Assembly: GCA_036012755.1 (NCBI GenBank)
Contig: DASCPX010000127.1
Span: 78,373 to 142,372 of the forward strand
Length of the DNA: 64,000 bases
Direction: 5' to 3'
Source: Myxococcota bacterium
Lineage (GTDB): Bacteria > Myxococcota_A > UBA796 > CAJQPC01
In this document: positions 10,738 to 19,542 of the stretch, piece by piece
Numbering within the stretch: position 1 is the first letter of the stretch
How the letters are laid out: each line of letters begins with the position of its first letter
The notes under the pieces: generated by a model
Seen by the model: only the letters and a program-made list of their open reading frames with translations
What the model was told of the DNA's origin: nothing
The model's database searches: none
Translations under genes and position numbers: made by a program

Positions 10738-12702
10738 CTACATGTCGTCTTCGGCGAGGACGACCAGGCCGTCTCCGCGGTTCAACGTGACCGGCGTGTC
10801 CTTGAACGGAATGAGCTTCACTCCGAAGTTCTCGCTGGCTTCCGACTCCAACTCGGCGAGCTTGTACCCGAGGCAGATCTCCGTGTCGCGCTTGCGGACA
10901 AGCGCCATCAGATCCCCGAAGTTCACCGTGACCGGGAACTCGTCGAAGTAGAGCCAGGCAGGCTTCACGTAGATCTCCGAGCCGTCTTCCTGGAACAGAT
11001 CGTCGTAGACGTCCTGGATGTCCGGCTCCTCGGAGATCTGGGCGAACATCATCGAGACCATGCGGTTGCTGATGATGAAGTCGTTGACCCCAGCGCGGCT
11101 GATGAGCTCCTGGTTCGCCGAGTCCAGGACCTCGGTGATGAGGTTCGTGGTGACGTCGCGGCCCGCGCTCCTGGCCGCGCGCTGGAGCTTGCGGAGGTGG
11201 AGCAGCACGATGATGGTCTCGGAGTCGACCCGCTCGGCGTCGATGTCGTCCATCGACTGCTTGAGGATGATGACGGTGTCGTAGGCGAAGGGGTCGACGC
11301 TGGCGAGATCCTCGCTGGCCATCGGGTCCAGTCGCAGCAACTTCGTGCCGACGTTGTCCAACTCGCCGTTGAGATCGTCCAGCGCCTTGGTGACGTGCTC
11401 TGGAGGGTCCTTCAGCATGACGTGGACCTCTGAGCCCTCCAGCACGTAGTCGCTGTACTCGGAGATCAGGATGGAGACCTTGGGCGACCAGCCGAGGATC
11501 AGCATGCGCTCCTTGCCCGGCTCGATGCGCACGTCCTTTCCGACGAGGTCCTTCGGCGAGTAGACCGGGTCCTTCTGGAAGTCGATCGTGGAGTCGTCGT
11601 CCGCCACGATCAGGATCTCGTCGCTGTCGTTCATCTGGTAGTCGGGATCGGTCCGCATCTCGATGGTGCCGTCAGAGGTCCGGATGCCGAGCGGGACGCC
11701 GTCAGGGAAGTGGAACTGGAGCGCGCCGAAGGTGATCCCGCCCCACGCCGCGTTGTGGAAGTACATCTCGCAACCCTCGAAGGAGAGAAGCTCGGCGTAG
11801 ACGACGGACAGGCCGCTGGTCCGCGAGGTCTGGACCATGATCTTGGCGAGGATCTCCTGTGCGTCGATGACGCTGATGCGATCCGGGGCGAGGTCCTGGA
11901 CGACCCGGCGGTTCCGCGGGTCGAAGACCTCTGCGACGATGACGATCTCGCTGTCCTCGCCCACGTGGGCGATGAGGGCCAGGACCGTCTTGATGACCTT
12001 CGCGTCGCTGGAGAGCTTCTCCTCGGCGGTCGCGGCCTCACCGCAGGTCGCCAGCACGATGGCGCTCTTGGCGCGCTCGGCGTTGACCTTGCCGAGGTTC
12101 AAAAGCGACGCTGTGGGGCCGGAGCGGGTCACCAGGCGCAGGTTCCGCCGGTCGGTCCAGACGTTCCGGAGGTACTCGTCCATCTCCTCCTTCTCCTCCT
12201 CCGAGAGCACGACGGCGACCGGGTCGTCGTCGCTCTCCTGGGCCTCGACCAGCTCGCGGAGGATCTCGGGGACGCGCGGGCCCCAGCCGACGATGAGCGT
12301 GTGGTCGCTCTCGAGGACCCGGGAGTGTCCCTTCTTCAGCTGGTCGATGGCCTGGTCGAGCGCGGTCGTGAGGAAGGCGATGAGCGCGGAGAAGATGACC
12401 ACACCGGTCATGCCGGAGATGATCGCGGTGACCTTGTAGGCGCCGAAGGTGGTGTTGTCCTGGGCCATGTTGCCGGGGTCGGTCAGCTGGAGCCAGGTGA
12501 ACCACACGCCCTGGGCCAGCTCGTGGGCCGTGTCGTTGAAGGCGCCGTCGAGGCCCCAGAGGGCAAGGCGCAGCACGACGATGACCAGGAACGAGACGAT
12601 GAAGGCGACCGTCAGGGCGATGAAGAGCGCGCGGCTCCCCTTCGCCAGGAAGGTGTCGACCTGGTAGCGGAGCTTCTCGCCCAAGGTGGCTTCGATGGAC
12701 AT
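10738..12702 (-). CDS. CASTOR/POLLUX (DMI1/SYM8)-like ion channel
   Basis: Two TM helices around a TDPGNMAQD filter (plant ADSGNHAD). KGHSRVLESDHTLIVGW, SGLSVVYAELLSFEGCEMYF and DGSEIYVKP motifs, with tandem RCK domains. Confidence 0.88.
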   Translation of the reverse strand: MSIEATLGEKLRYQVDTFLAKGSRALFIALTVAFIVSFLVIVVLRLALWGLDGAFNDTAHELAQGVWFTWLQLTDPGNMAQDNTTFGAYKVTAIISGMTGVVIFSALIAFLTTALDQAIDQLKKGHSRVLESDHTLIVGWGPRVPEILRELVEAQESDDDPVAVVLSEEEKEEMDEYLRNVWTDRRNLRLVTRSGPTASLLNLGKVNAERAKSAIVLATCGEAATAEEKLSSDAKVIKTVLALIAHVGEDSEIVIVAEVFDPRNRRVVQDLAPDRISVIDAQEILAKIMVQTSRTSGLSVVYAELLSFEGCEMYFHNAAWGGITFGALQFHFPDGVPLGIRTSDGTIEMRTDPDYQMNDSDEILIVADDDSTIDFQKDPVYSPKDLVGKDVRIEPGKERMLILGWSPKVSILISEYSDYVLEGSEVHVMLKDPPEHVTKALDDLNGELDNVGTKLLRLDPMASEDLASVDPFAYDTVIILKQSMDDIDAERVDSETIIVLLHLRKLQRAARSAGRDVTTNLITEVLDSANQELISRAGVNDFIISNRMVSMMFAQISEEPDIQDVYDDLFQEDGSEIYVKPAWLYFDEFPVTVNFGDLMALVRKRDTEICLGYKLAELESEASENFGVKLIPFKDTPVTLNRGDGLVVLAEDDM

Positions 12703-12764
12703 TGCTTCTCCTCCGGGCGAGGGCGTATCACCGGAACGAGGCAGCGTACGTACCCAGCGCCCGC

Positions 12765-13403
12765 TCAGAGCTCAGCGCAGGACTCCGGCTCCCGAGCGCA
12801 GCGCTTCATCGAGCCCTGGCAGGACTTCAGGTTCCTGGGCGAAGGCTGGAGATCCCCCGGGGGATCCTCGCAGCTGCCCTCTCCGAGCCGGTGCAGGGCC
12901 ACGCCAGCCCAGAACCCGAGCGTGTCCCCGGCGCTGCTGTCCAGAGCCAGCAGCCGGCCGATGTCCTCTGGCGGCGGGCCCTCGGCGAGCCACCGCTCGG
13001 CGGCGTGCCCAGAGCAGTCCGAGGCGTAGAAGCCCGCGCTGGAGCACAGCTCGATCTGCTGGAACAGGTCGTCTGACGGGCAGAGGTCCAACATGCCGAA
13101 GCGACAGGCAGGGCCGCTGCAGAGTGCCAGCAGATGCTCTATGCCCGCGTCGCAGTGGTCCTCTGCCGCGGCGACCACGCAGGCATCCCGCCAGCGCCCG
13201 GCCAGCTCGCAGGTCCGCTCGGCGGCGCCCATGTCCCCTGCGCTCTCCGCCTGGGAGAAGGCACAGTAGGCGAAGGTCTCCGCGTCGTAGGCGTAGTCCG
13301 CGCACTCCGGAAGGGCGGCGACGGCCGTGGGGTCCGCCGCGGTGACCTCCGGGGTCGACTCCGTGCCACCTGCACAGCCGAGCCCGAGCACCATCAGCGT
13401 CAT
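12765..13403 (-). CDS. Cys-rich hypothetical lipoprotein
   Basis: MTLMVLGLGC lipobox and many spaced Cys. ATGA overlap with the upstream gene. Confidence 0.7.
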   Translation of the reverse strand: MTLMVLGLGCAGGTESTPEVTAADPTAVAALPECADYAYDAETFAYCAFSQAESAGDMGAAERTCELAGRWRDACVVAAAEDHCDAGIEHLLALCSGPACRFGMLDLCPSDDLFQQIELCSSAGFYASDCSGHAAERWLAEGPPPEDIGRLLALDSSAGDTLGFWAGVALHRLGEGSCEDPPGDLQPSPRNLKSCQGSMKRCAREPESCAEL

Positions 13404-13714
13404 CTGTTCAGGTGCGCCGCGTCGATGCGCTGGATGCACATCCGCCGCGCGTGGCGGTCCAGGACCTCGCAGATCTCCATCCCTCGCTCCCTGGCGATGG
13501 CCTGTCCGTGCTCCCGCATCCACCCGTCGACGGCAGCTCCACGGACCACGGGGTCCTCGATTCCAGCGGTGAGCTCCAGCAACCTCGCTGAGTCCTCTGC
13601 GCCCAGGCGCGCGATCTCCCCGGCCCGGCAGGCGTCCCGCTCCAGCTCCTGCAGCTCCGAGCAGTCGGGCTGCTCCTCTGGGCCGCAAGCGAGTGTCAGG
13701 AGCAGTGAGAACAC
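13400..13714 (-). CDS. Small hypothetical lipoprotein
   Basis: GTG start, FSLLLTLAC lipobox, paired Cys. TATCGT lies 7 nt upstream. Confidence 0.65.
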   Translation of the reverse strand: MFSLLLTLACGPEEQPDCSELQELERDACRAGEIARLGAEDSARLLELTAGIEDPVVRGAAVDGWMREHGQAIARERGMEICEVLDRHARRMCIQRIDAAHLNR

Positions 13715-13804
13715 GCCGGAGACGATACCGCGGTGGTCGGACACAGGCCTGGATGCGCCCTGGGGGGCTTGCGGTGCCGCCCCGACCGGTGTGGGACTGT
13801 GCCC

Positions 13805-13858
13805 ATGAGTCACCTCGTCAGCTGTTGTTGTTGTCCCACCTCGGCCGAGGTGCGTTGA
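13805..13858 (+). CDS. Putative poly-cysteine leader peptide MSHLVSCCCCPTSAEVR
   Basis: ATG AGT CAC CTC GTC AGC TGT TGT TGT TGT CCC ACC TCG GCC GAG GTG CGT TGA directly upstream of cysH. Too short for the ORF track. Confidence 0.7.
   Translation: MSHLVSCCCCPTSAEVR
13837..13852 (+). promoter_or_regulatory. Perfect 16-bp palindrome/hairpin that sequesters a GAGGTG SD-like sequence
   Basis: CACCTCGGCCGAGGTG is its own reverse complement and begins 2 nt after the last Cys codon. Confidence 0.6.
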
Positions 13859-13868
13859 CGACTGCTGA

Positions 13869-14558
13869 CTGACGCAGACGACACGCCAACCACAGCTCTG
13901 CCGCCCCGGAACCGAGGACGCCCTCGAGGTCCTCGACTGGGCCACGCGCCGCTTCGCCGGTCGCCTGGTGCTCAGCACGTCCCTGGGACCTCAGAGCATC
14001 GTCGTGCTCGACCTGCTCACCCGCCTCGGGCGCGAGGTCGACACGGTCATGCTCGACACGGGCCTGCTGTTCAACGAGACCTACGCGCTGCGGCAGGAAG
14101 TCCAGGAGCGCTTCGGCGGCGAGGTGAAGCGCGCGACCGGCTGGTCGTTGAGGGAGCAGGAGGCCTCGATGGGCCCGCGGCTGTGGGAGCGCGACCCCGA
14201 TCGCTGCTGCGCCCTCCGCAAGGTCGCTCCGCTGCGAGAGCTGCTCGGCGGCTACGAGGCCTGGATCTCCGGCATCCGCCGCGACCAGTCACCCGCCCGC
14301 GCCAACGCAGAGGTCGTCGAGTGGGACGAGAGCTTCGGCCTCGTGAAGATCAACCCGCTGGTGGCCTGGACTCGCGACGAGGTCCAGGCCTACATCCGGC
14401 TCCAGGGCCTCCCGGTGAACCCCCTGCTGTCCCAGGGCTTCGGCAGCGTCGGCTGCTGGCCCTGCACCCACCCGAGCGCCGACGAGCGCGGCGGACGTTG
14501 GGTCGGCCGCGCCAAGACCGAGTGCGGCATCCATCTCTGCCCGAAGGAGACCACGTGA
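13869..14558 (+). CDS. cysH: APS/PAPS reductase, 4Fe-4S type; start uncertain
   Basis: LDTGLLF, CCALRKV, GIRRDQS, KINPL, SVGCWPCT and ECGIH motifs. The homologous N-terminus (ALEVLDWA) lies upstream of the track start, and the frame is open only from CTG 13869. Confidence 0.9.
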   Translation: MTQTTRQPQLCRPGTEDALEVLDWATRRFAGRLVLSTSLGPQSIVVLDLLTRLGREVDTVMLDTGLLFNETYALRQEVQERFGGEVKRATGWSLREQEASMGPRLWERDPDRCCALRKVAPLRELLGGYEAWISGIRRDQSPARANAEVVEWDESFGLVKINPLVAWTRDEVQAYIRLQGLPVNPLLSQGFGSVGCWPCTHPSADERGGRWVGRAKTECGIHLCPKETT

Positions 14559-15316
14559 ACCGCTCCCACATCGGAACCCAGCGCCGCATCGCCGGGACGG
14601 TCGAGGCCGTCCGCGCCGAGCTCGACACCTTCGAGACCGAGATCGCAGCGATCTCGCCAGAGGGACCCCTCCTGGTAGCGATGAAGCTCGACCTGGCGCA
14701 CGTGCTGGTGGTCGGCGGCGGCGCGGTCGCCACCCAGCGGGCCCGCTCACTCCTGTACGCCGGCGCCCAGGTGCGGGTGGTCGCTCCGCGGGTGTCGCCA
14801 GAGCTTCGCAGGCGCATCGCCTGGGGGGAGATCGCGTGGTCACAGAGGCGCTTCGAGGACAACGATCTCGACCACATGCAGCTGGTGATGGTGGCCATCG
14901 ACGACAGGGACGAGAGCCGTCGCGTAGCCTCGGCGGCCCGGTCGAGGTGCATCGCGGTGAACGTGGCGGATGTGCCCACGTTGTGCGACTTCTACATGCC
15001 GGCGAGCCACCGGGAGGGCCCGGTGCAGGTCGCCGTCTCGACCGGCGGAGTAGGCCCGGCGATCGCCGCGCGGGTCCGCGACCTGGTCGCGGCGGCCTTG
15101 CCCCCGGAGCTGGCGGAGGCCACACGGCGATTCGGCCAACTACGCAAGATCGTTCGCGAGCTCGAGCCATCACGAACCCGTCGCATGGAGCTCCTGGCGA
15201 GGATCGGGCGCAAGACGCCCTGGAGCGAGCTGGCCTGCCTGGAGAGCCGGAGCTCACTCGGAGCGGACGAGGCGCCTGCGGCGGCAGACCAGGAGCACCG
15301 CGAGGCCAGCGGCTGA
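14555..15316 (+). CDS. Precorrin-2 dehydrogenase/sirohydrochlorin ferrochelatase (CysG N-terminal, Met8/SirC type)
   Basis: VLVVGGGAVA, VNVADVPTLCDFYMP and VAVSTGG motifs. GTGA overlap with cysH and an AAGGAG SD. Confidence 0.88.
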   Translation: MNRSHIGTQRRIAGTVEAVRAELDTFETEIAAISPEGPLLVAMKLDLAHVLVVGGGAVATQRARSLLYAGAQVRVVAPRVSPELRRRIAWGEIAWSQRRFEDNDLDHMQLVMVAIDDRDESRRVASAARSRCIAVNVADVPTLCDFYMPASHREGPVQVAVSTGGVGPAIAARVRDLVAAALPPELAEATRRFGQLRKIVRELEPSRTRRMELLARIGRKTPWSELACLESRSSLGADEAPAAADQEHREASG

Positions 15317-16054
15317 CAGCGCGCCACCCGCGGCGGAGTGACAGCCGCAAGCCACGTCGAAGCGCGGCGCGTCGTCGTCAGCATCGCCGAGGAGCTCCGG
15401 GAGCACCAGGCAGTCGCCGCCGTAGGTGGCCTGGACCTCGTGAAAGGGATCGAGGACACGCACGACCGGACAGCTCTGCTCCTTCATCCAGTGCACGTAC
15501 CAGGTCAGGACGACCTCGCCGCCGAACTCCGGCATCCCGACCCAGGTCTCGATCTGCTCCCTCTCCACACCCTCGATCAGCCAGCCGTTTCCTGGCGCCT
15601 CGGGAGACTCGAGTGTGACCGTGACGATGTGCCAGGCCGGCTCACCCTCCTCGGCGCAGAGGTCCGGGTTGAAGTTGGTCGGGCTGATGTCGGTGTTCGT
15701 CCAGACGAGGTCACTTGCGAGCTCGCCGACCTCTGCGAACTGGAAGACGGTGAAGAGCTCTGTGCCGACGATGTCCGCGCCGTCGTAGACGACGAGGTCG
15801 TAGTCGTCGTCGTAGATCTCCTCGGGGATCTGGAAGCCGAGCCAGCCCACGGGGTGATCTGTCGCCGGGAGCCGCTCGCTCATCTGGTAGATCCGCTCCG
15901 GGTCCTCGACCAGGACCAGCTCGGCGTCAGGGCTGGACAGGCCCGTCCGGATGCGCACCCAGGAGGTCTTGCGCAGCTCGCCACCAAGGGGGATGAGGTC
16001 CTCGACGATGGGGGCCTCGCAGGCGGCCTGGGCGAGGGAGATCAGGGTCCACAC
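15254..16054 (-). CDS. Secreted hypothetical protein with MYXO-CTERM-like tail
   Basis: Short signal MWTLISLAQA. C-terminus CGCHS...LAVLLVCRRRR. Confidence 0.7.
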   Translation of the reverse strand: MWTLISLAQAACEAPIVEDLIPLGGELRKTSWVRIRTGLSSPDAELVLVEDPERIYQMSERLPATDHPVGWLGFQIPEEIYDDDYDLVVYDGADIVGTELFTVFQFAEVGELASDLVWTNTDISPTNFNPDLCAEEGEPAWHIVTVTLESPEAPGNGWLIEGVEREQIETWVGMPEFGGEVVLTWYVHWMKEQSCPVVRVLDPFHEVQATYGGDCLVLPELLGDADDDAPRFDVACGCHSAAGGALSAAGLAVLLVCRRRRLVRSE

Positions 16055-16076
16055 ACCAGCAGGATAGAGCCCCGGA

Positions 16077-16856
16077 GTGCAGGGCGTTCACGAGTTCCGG
16101 CTCCAGCTGCCGCGTCACGCCTTCGGTCCGGACCAGTACGCCCGACCGGGAGAGATCTGGCGGCTGTTCCAGGAGGCGGCGGTGCGGGCCTCGACCGAGT
16201 GCGGGTGGCCGCCCCAGCGCTACGCCGCGACCGAGACGGCCTTCGTCGTGACGGCCATGACCACCCGCCACGAGGGACGGATCCGATACGGCGACGATCT
16301 GCTCGTCGTCACCTGGCTCCGCGACTTCCGGCGCCGCATCCTCACGAAGCGGGAGATCCGCCTCTACCGGGGCGACGAGCTGGCCGCCGAGACGACCCAG
16401 CAGTGGGCTCATGTCGCGAAGACACCCTCTGGGATGGCGCCAGCGCCGGCGACGGACGCGCTCATCGACGCCTTCCATGCTCGGGACGATCTCGGGCCGG
16501 TCGTCGACCTGCCGGCCCTGGAGACGCGCGAGGAGCACGAGCCCCACACCTTCTCCTTCCAGTGCTGGCGGACCTGGATGGACCCCCTCGGCCACGCCAA
16601 CCACCCCGCGTACCTCGACTGGTGCGACGAGGCGGTCGCTCGCATGGCCCTGGCCAGGGGCGCATCAGAGGTCATCGCTTATGCGGAGCGCGTGCACTGG
16701 AAGGGCGCGGTGGTGGCGGGCGAGCAGGTGCACATAGAGACGACACCGGTGGGCAAGACCCGGTGCGGGGCATCGGTGCTGCGTCACGTCATCCGCACCG
16801 ACGCCGAGCTCAAGGCCCGCGCTACGACGATTCGGCGCTTCTTGCACGACGGCTGA
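16077..16856 (+). CDS. Acyl-ACP/acyl-CoA thioesterase (double hotdog)
   Basis: LFQEAA in the first hotdog and MDPLGHANHPAYLDW in the second. Confidence 0.8.
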   Translation: MQGVHEFRLQLPRHAFGPDQYARPGEIWRLFQEAAVRASTECGWPPQRYAATETAFVVTAMTTRHEGRIRYGDDLLVVTWLRDFRRRILTKREIRLYRGDELAAETTQQWAHVAKTPSGMAPAPATDALIDAFHARDDLGPVVDLPALETREEHEPHTFSFQCWRTWMDPLGHANHPAYLDWCDEAVARMALARGASEVIAYAERVHWKGAVVAGEQVHIETTPVGKTRCGASVLRHVIRTDAELKARATTIRRFLHDG

Positions 16857-17688
16857 GAGTCGCCAGCCCGACGCCGAGGAGGATCAGCAGGCCGCCCGAG
16901 AGCTCGATGACCGTCGGGACCTCTGCCAGCACGACCAGGGCGAGCAGCGTGGCGCCCACGGGTTCGAGCAACAACAAGGCCGCGACGACAGTGGCCCGCA
17001 CGTACCTGACAGAGAAGTTGAAGCCGATGTGGCCGACGAGCTGTGGCAGCAGGGCCAGGCCGACCAGCGCCCCCCAGACCTTCGGCTCCCAGCCGGACAG
17101 CGGCAGCCCACGACAGAGCGCCACGAGCAAGAGCGCCAGCGCCGCGAAGCCGCAGACCAGGGCGCCATAGGGGGCGAACTCCACGCGCTGGCGCACACTC
17201 CGGCCGACGAGCAGGTAGGCGGAGCTGAGCATGCCGCCGACCAGCGCCAGCCCGTCGCCGAGCAGGGAGCCCGAGCCGGAGGTGTCATGGGCCATCCAGC
17301 CGACACCCATCAGCGCGACGAGGATGCCGAACCAGAAACGCCGAGAGGGCGGCTGGCGGAACACGGCCCACTCGGCGAGGCCGACCCAGATCGGCGCGAG
17401 GGTCACGAGCACGACGCTGCGCATCACCGAGATGTGGTGGAGCGATGCGAACCAGACCCAGAAGTGCAGGGCCAGCGCGACGCCGGCCAGGGCGCTCAGC
17501 GCGAGGTCCCTGGCCCCGACGCGCGCCCGGAAGAGGGTCGGCGCGAGCAGCGCGGCGCAGATCCCCGTGCGCCAGAAGGCGACGACCACCGGGTCGGCCG
17601 CGTCGGCGAGGACAGCGAGCACACCACCGGTGCTGATACCGAGCACCCCGGCGACGAGCGCGGGCACGACCAGGCGGCGGGGTTCCAT
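16822..17688 (-). CDS. DMT/EamA-family transporter
   Basis: About 10 TM helices. AFWR, LALHFWVWFASL, PQLVGH and LLEPVGA motifs. Confidence 0.88.
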   Translation of the reverse strand: MEPRRLVVPALVAGVLGISTGGVLAVLADAADPVVVAFWRTGICAALLAPTLFRARVGARDLALSALAGVALALHFWVWFASLHHISVMRSVVLVTLAPIWVGLAEWAVFRQPPSRRFWFGILVALMGVGWMAHDTSGSGSLLGDGLALVGGMLSSAYLLVGRSVRQRVEFAPYGALVCGFAALALLLVALCRGLPLSGWEPKVWGALVGLALLPQLVGHIGFNFSVRYVRATVVAALLLLEPVGATLLALVVLAEVPTVIELSGGLLILLGVGLATLSRRARSAESS

Positions 17689-17712
17689 CGGGGGGACTGC
17701 TAACCTCGGGTG

Positions 17713-19542
17713 GTGCGCCGCATCCTGGCACTGAGTCTGCTGGCCGTCCTGCCCGCGGCAGCGCAGGACTCCGACGAACTCCACCTGCTCGCGGTCCATG
17801 GACTCCCGGAGATCTCCGGGCTGGCCTTCTCGCCCGACGGCACGCGCCTCTACGCCGCAGGGACCGACGATCTGGTCCGGGTCTTCGACAGCGCGGGGCT
17901 GTCCCTGCAGGACACCTACGGGCGCCGCGGCGCGCGCATGGATCACCTGAGTGTGTCCCCGGACGGCTACGTCGTCGCGGCTGGAGACCGGGATGGCGCG
18001 GTCACGCTCTTCGACGCCTGGACAGGCGAGGAGCTCTATCGATTCGGCGGGAACGGACGGCCGATCATCGGCCTGGCCTGGTCGGACGACGGCGGGACCC
18101 TCGGCATCGCCTCGATGCACGGCCCAATCCGCCTGGTCGACGCCGAGTCCGGTCGCCCCATCCAGACCATCCAGACCCCGGGGGAGTGGCTCTCGCGCGT
18201 GGCCTTCCACCTCCAGACCGGCGTCGCTGCCGGCACCGGTCGCGATGGCCACGTGCGCATCTGGGAGCTGCGCTCGGGCATCGTCGTCCAGACCCTGGAG
18301 GTCGGCGCGGTCGAGACCACGCAGCTCGCCTTCTCACCGAGCGGCGAGAGCGTCGCCGGAGGGGACTGGGACGGACGGGTACGGATCTGGAACACGGAGA
18401 CCGGCAAGCTCCGCGCCCGGATCACAGGCGCGGGCCGCACCGGCGGCCTGGTCTTCGTCGACGAGGACCGCCTCGTCGGTCGGGGCGCCGACGACGCACC
18501 CCTGGCGTGGAACATCACCGCCGGCACGGTAGTGGACTACGACCCGCCGCCTCGCTGGACTGGACTCCCGCCAGGGGAGCAGCCGGAGCCGGGGGCCGCC
18601 GACGGCGTCCACCAGCGCAACGACGCCGCATACAGCCCGCTCCTGGGCCAGGTCGCCGAGGCCTACGGCGACACCCTTCGCGTCTGGGACCTGGAGAGCC
18701 GCCAGGTCCTGGCCTCGAAGGACACCGGCCACGCGCCGGTCCGCAGCGTCGCGCTGTCCCCGGACGGCGCCCTGCTCGCCGTCGCCGACGCCAGCGGCAG
18801 CGTGCGCGTCCACGAGAGCCTCCGCGGCGGGGTGGTCGCTCACCTGGAGCTCCAGGACGGTCCGGCGCGCAGCGTGGACTTCTCACCAGACGGGACCAGG
18901 CTCGCCGTGGCCGGACCGGACCTCCACGTGCGGGTCTGGACCCCAGGCGCCGGCGAACCGCTCGAGGTGCTCTACGGCCACGAAGCCGAGCCCACCCAGG
19001 TGATCTACGGACGCGACCCGCTCTCCACCGGACCCGACGGCCAGGTCCTCCGCTGGAAGGACGGAGAGCCCCGCGGCTTCACCGCCCACGAAGACGGCGT
19101 CGCCTGGATGGCCCTGGCCCCTGACGGGCGCATCGCGACCTGGCCGCTGGAGGAGGGCCCGGTTCGCGGATGGTTCGCCAGCGGCGAGGTGAGCTTCGTG
19201 AGCCGCCTCGAACACCCTGGCGGCGTCGGAGACTTCGGCAGCGCGGGCCTCGCGAGCGCCACGGAGGATGACCTGGGGATGCTCGACGGCTGGACCGGTG
19301 TCCGGCGACCTCTGTCTCCGAGCTCGACCCGGTTGCTGAGCCTGACCTGGTCTCCCGACAACCGCCTCCTCGCCGGAGGGACACGAGGGGGCTCCGTCCA
19401 CGTGCTCGACGCCAGGACCGGTCAGCTGGAGGTCAGCCTGCGGGGCCACGCCGGCGGCGTCCGAACCGTCGCCTGGTCCGACGACGGCCAGATCCTCGCA
19501 TCCGGCTCCGATGACGGAACCGTGCGGGTCTGGACCCGCTAG
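17713..19542 (+). CDS. Secreted WD40-repeat beta-propeller protein
   Basis: Repeated AFSPDG...VRVW(D) units and GHAGGVRTVAWS, with an N-terminal signal peptide. Confidence 0.88.
   Translation: MRRILALSLLAVLPAAAQDSDELHLLAVHGLPEISGLAFSPDGTRLYAAGTDDLVRVFDSAGLSLQDTYGRRGARMDHLSVSPDGYVVAAGDRDGAVTLFDAWTGEELYRFGGNGRPIIGLAWSDDGGTLGIASMHGPIRLVDAESGRPIQTIQTPGEWLSRVAFHLQTGVAAGTGRDGHVRIWELRSGIVVQTLEVGAVETTQLAFSPSGESVAGGDWDGRVRIWNTETGKLRARITGAGRTGGLVFVDEDRLVGRGADDAPLAWNITAGTVVDYDPPPRWTGLPPGEQPEPGAADGVHQRNDAAYSPLLGQVAEAYGDTLRVWDLESRQVLASKDTGHAPVRSVALSPDGALLAVADASGSVRVHESLRGGVVAHLELQDGPARSVDFSPDGTRLAVAGPDLHVRVWTPGAGEPLEVLYGHEAEPTQVIYGRDPLSTGPDGQVLRWKDGEPRGFTAHEDGVAWMALAPDGRIATWPLEEGPVRGWFASGEVSFVSRLEHPGGVGDFGSAGLASATEDDLGMLDGWTGVRRPLSPSSTRLLSLTWSPDNRLLAGGTRGGSVHVLDARTGQLEVSLRGHAGGVRTVAWSDDGQILASGSDDGTVRVWTR

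Noticed and set aside
13866..13872. TGA read-through as selenocysteine at the cysH 5' end
   Set aside because: The position is not a conserved Cys site, I see no SECIS, and read-through of TGA 13870 would stay in the wrong frame.
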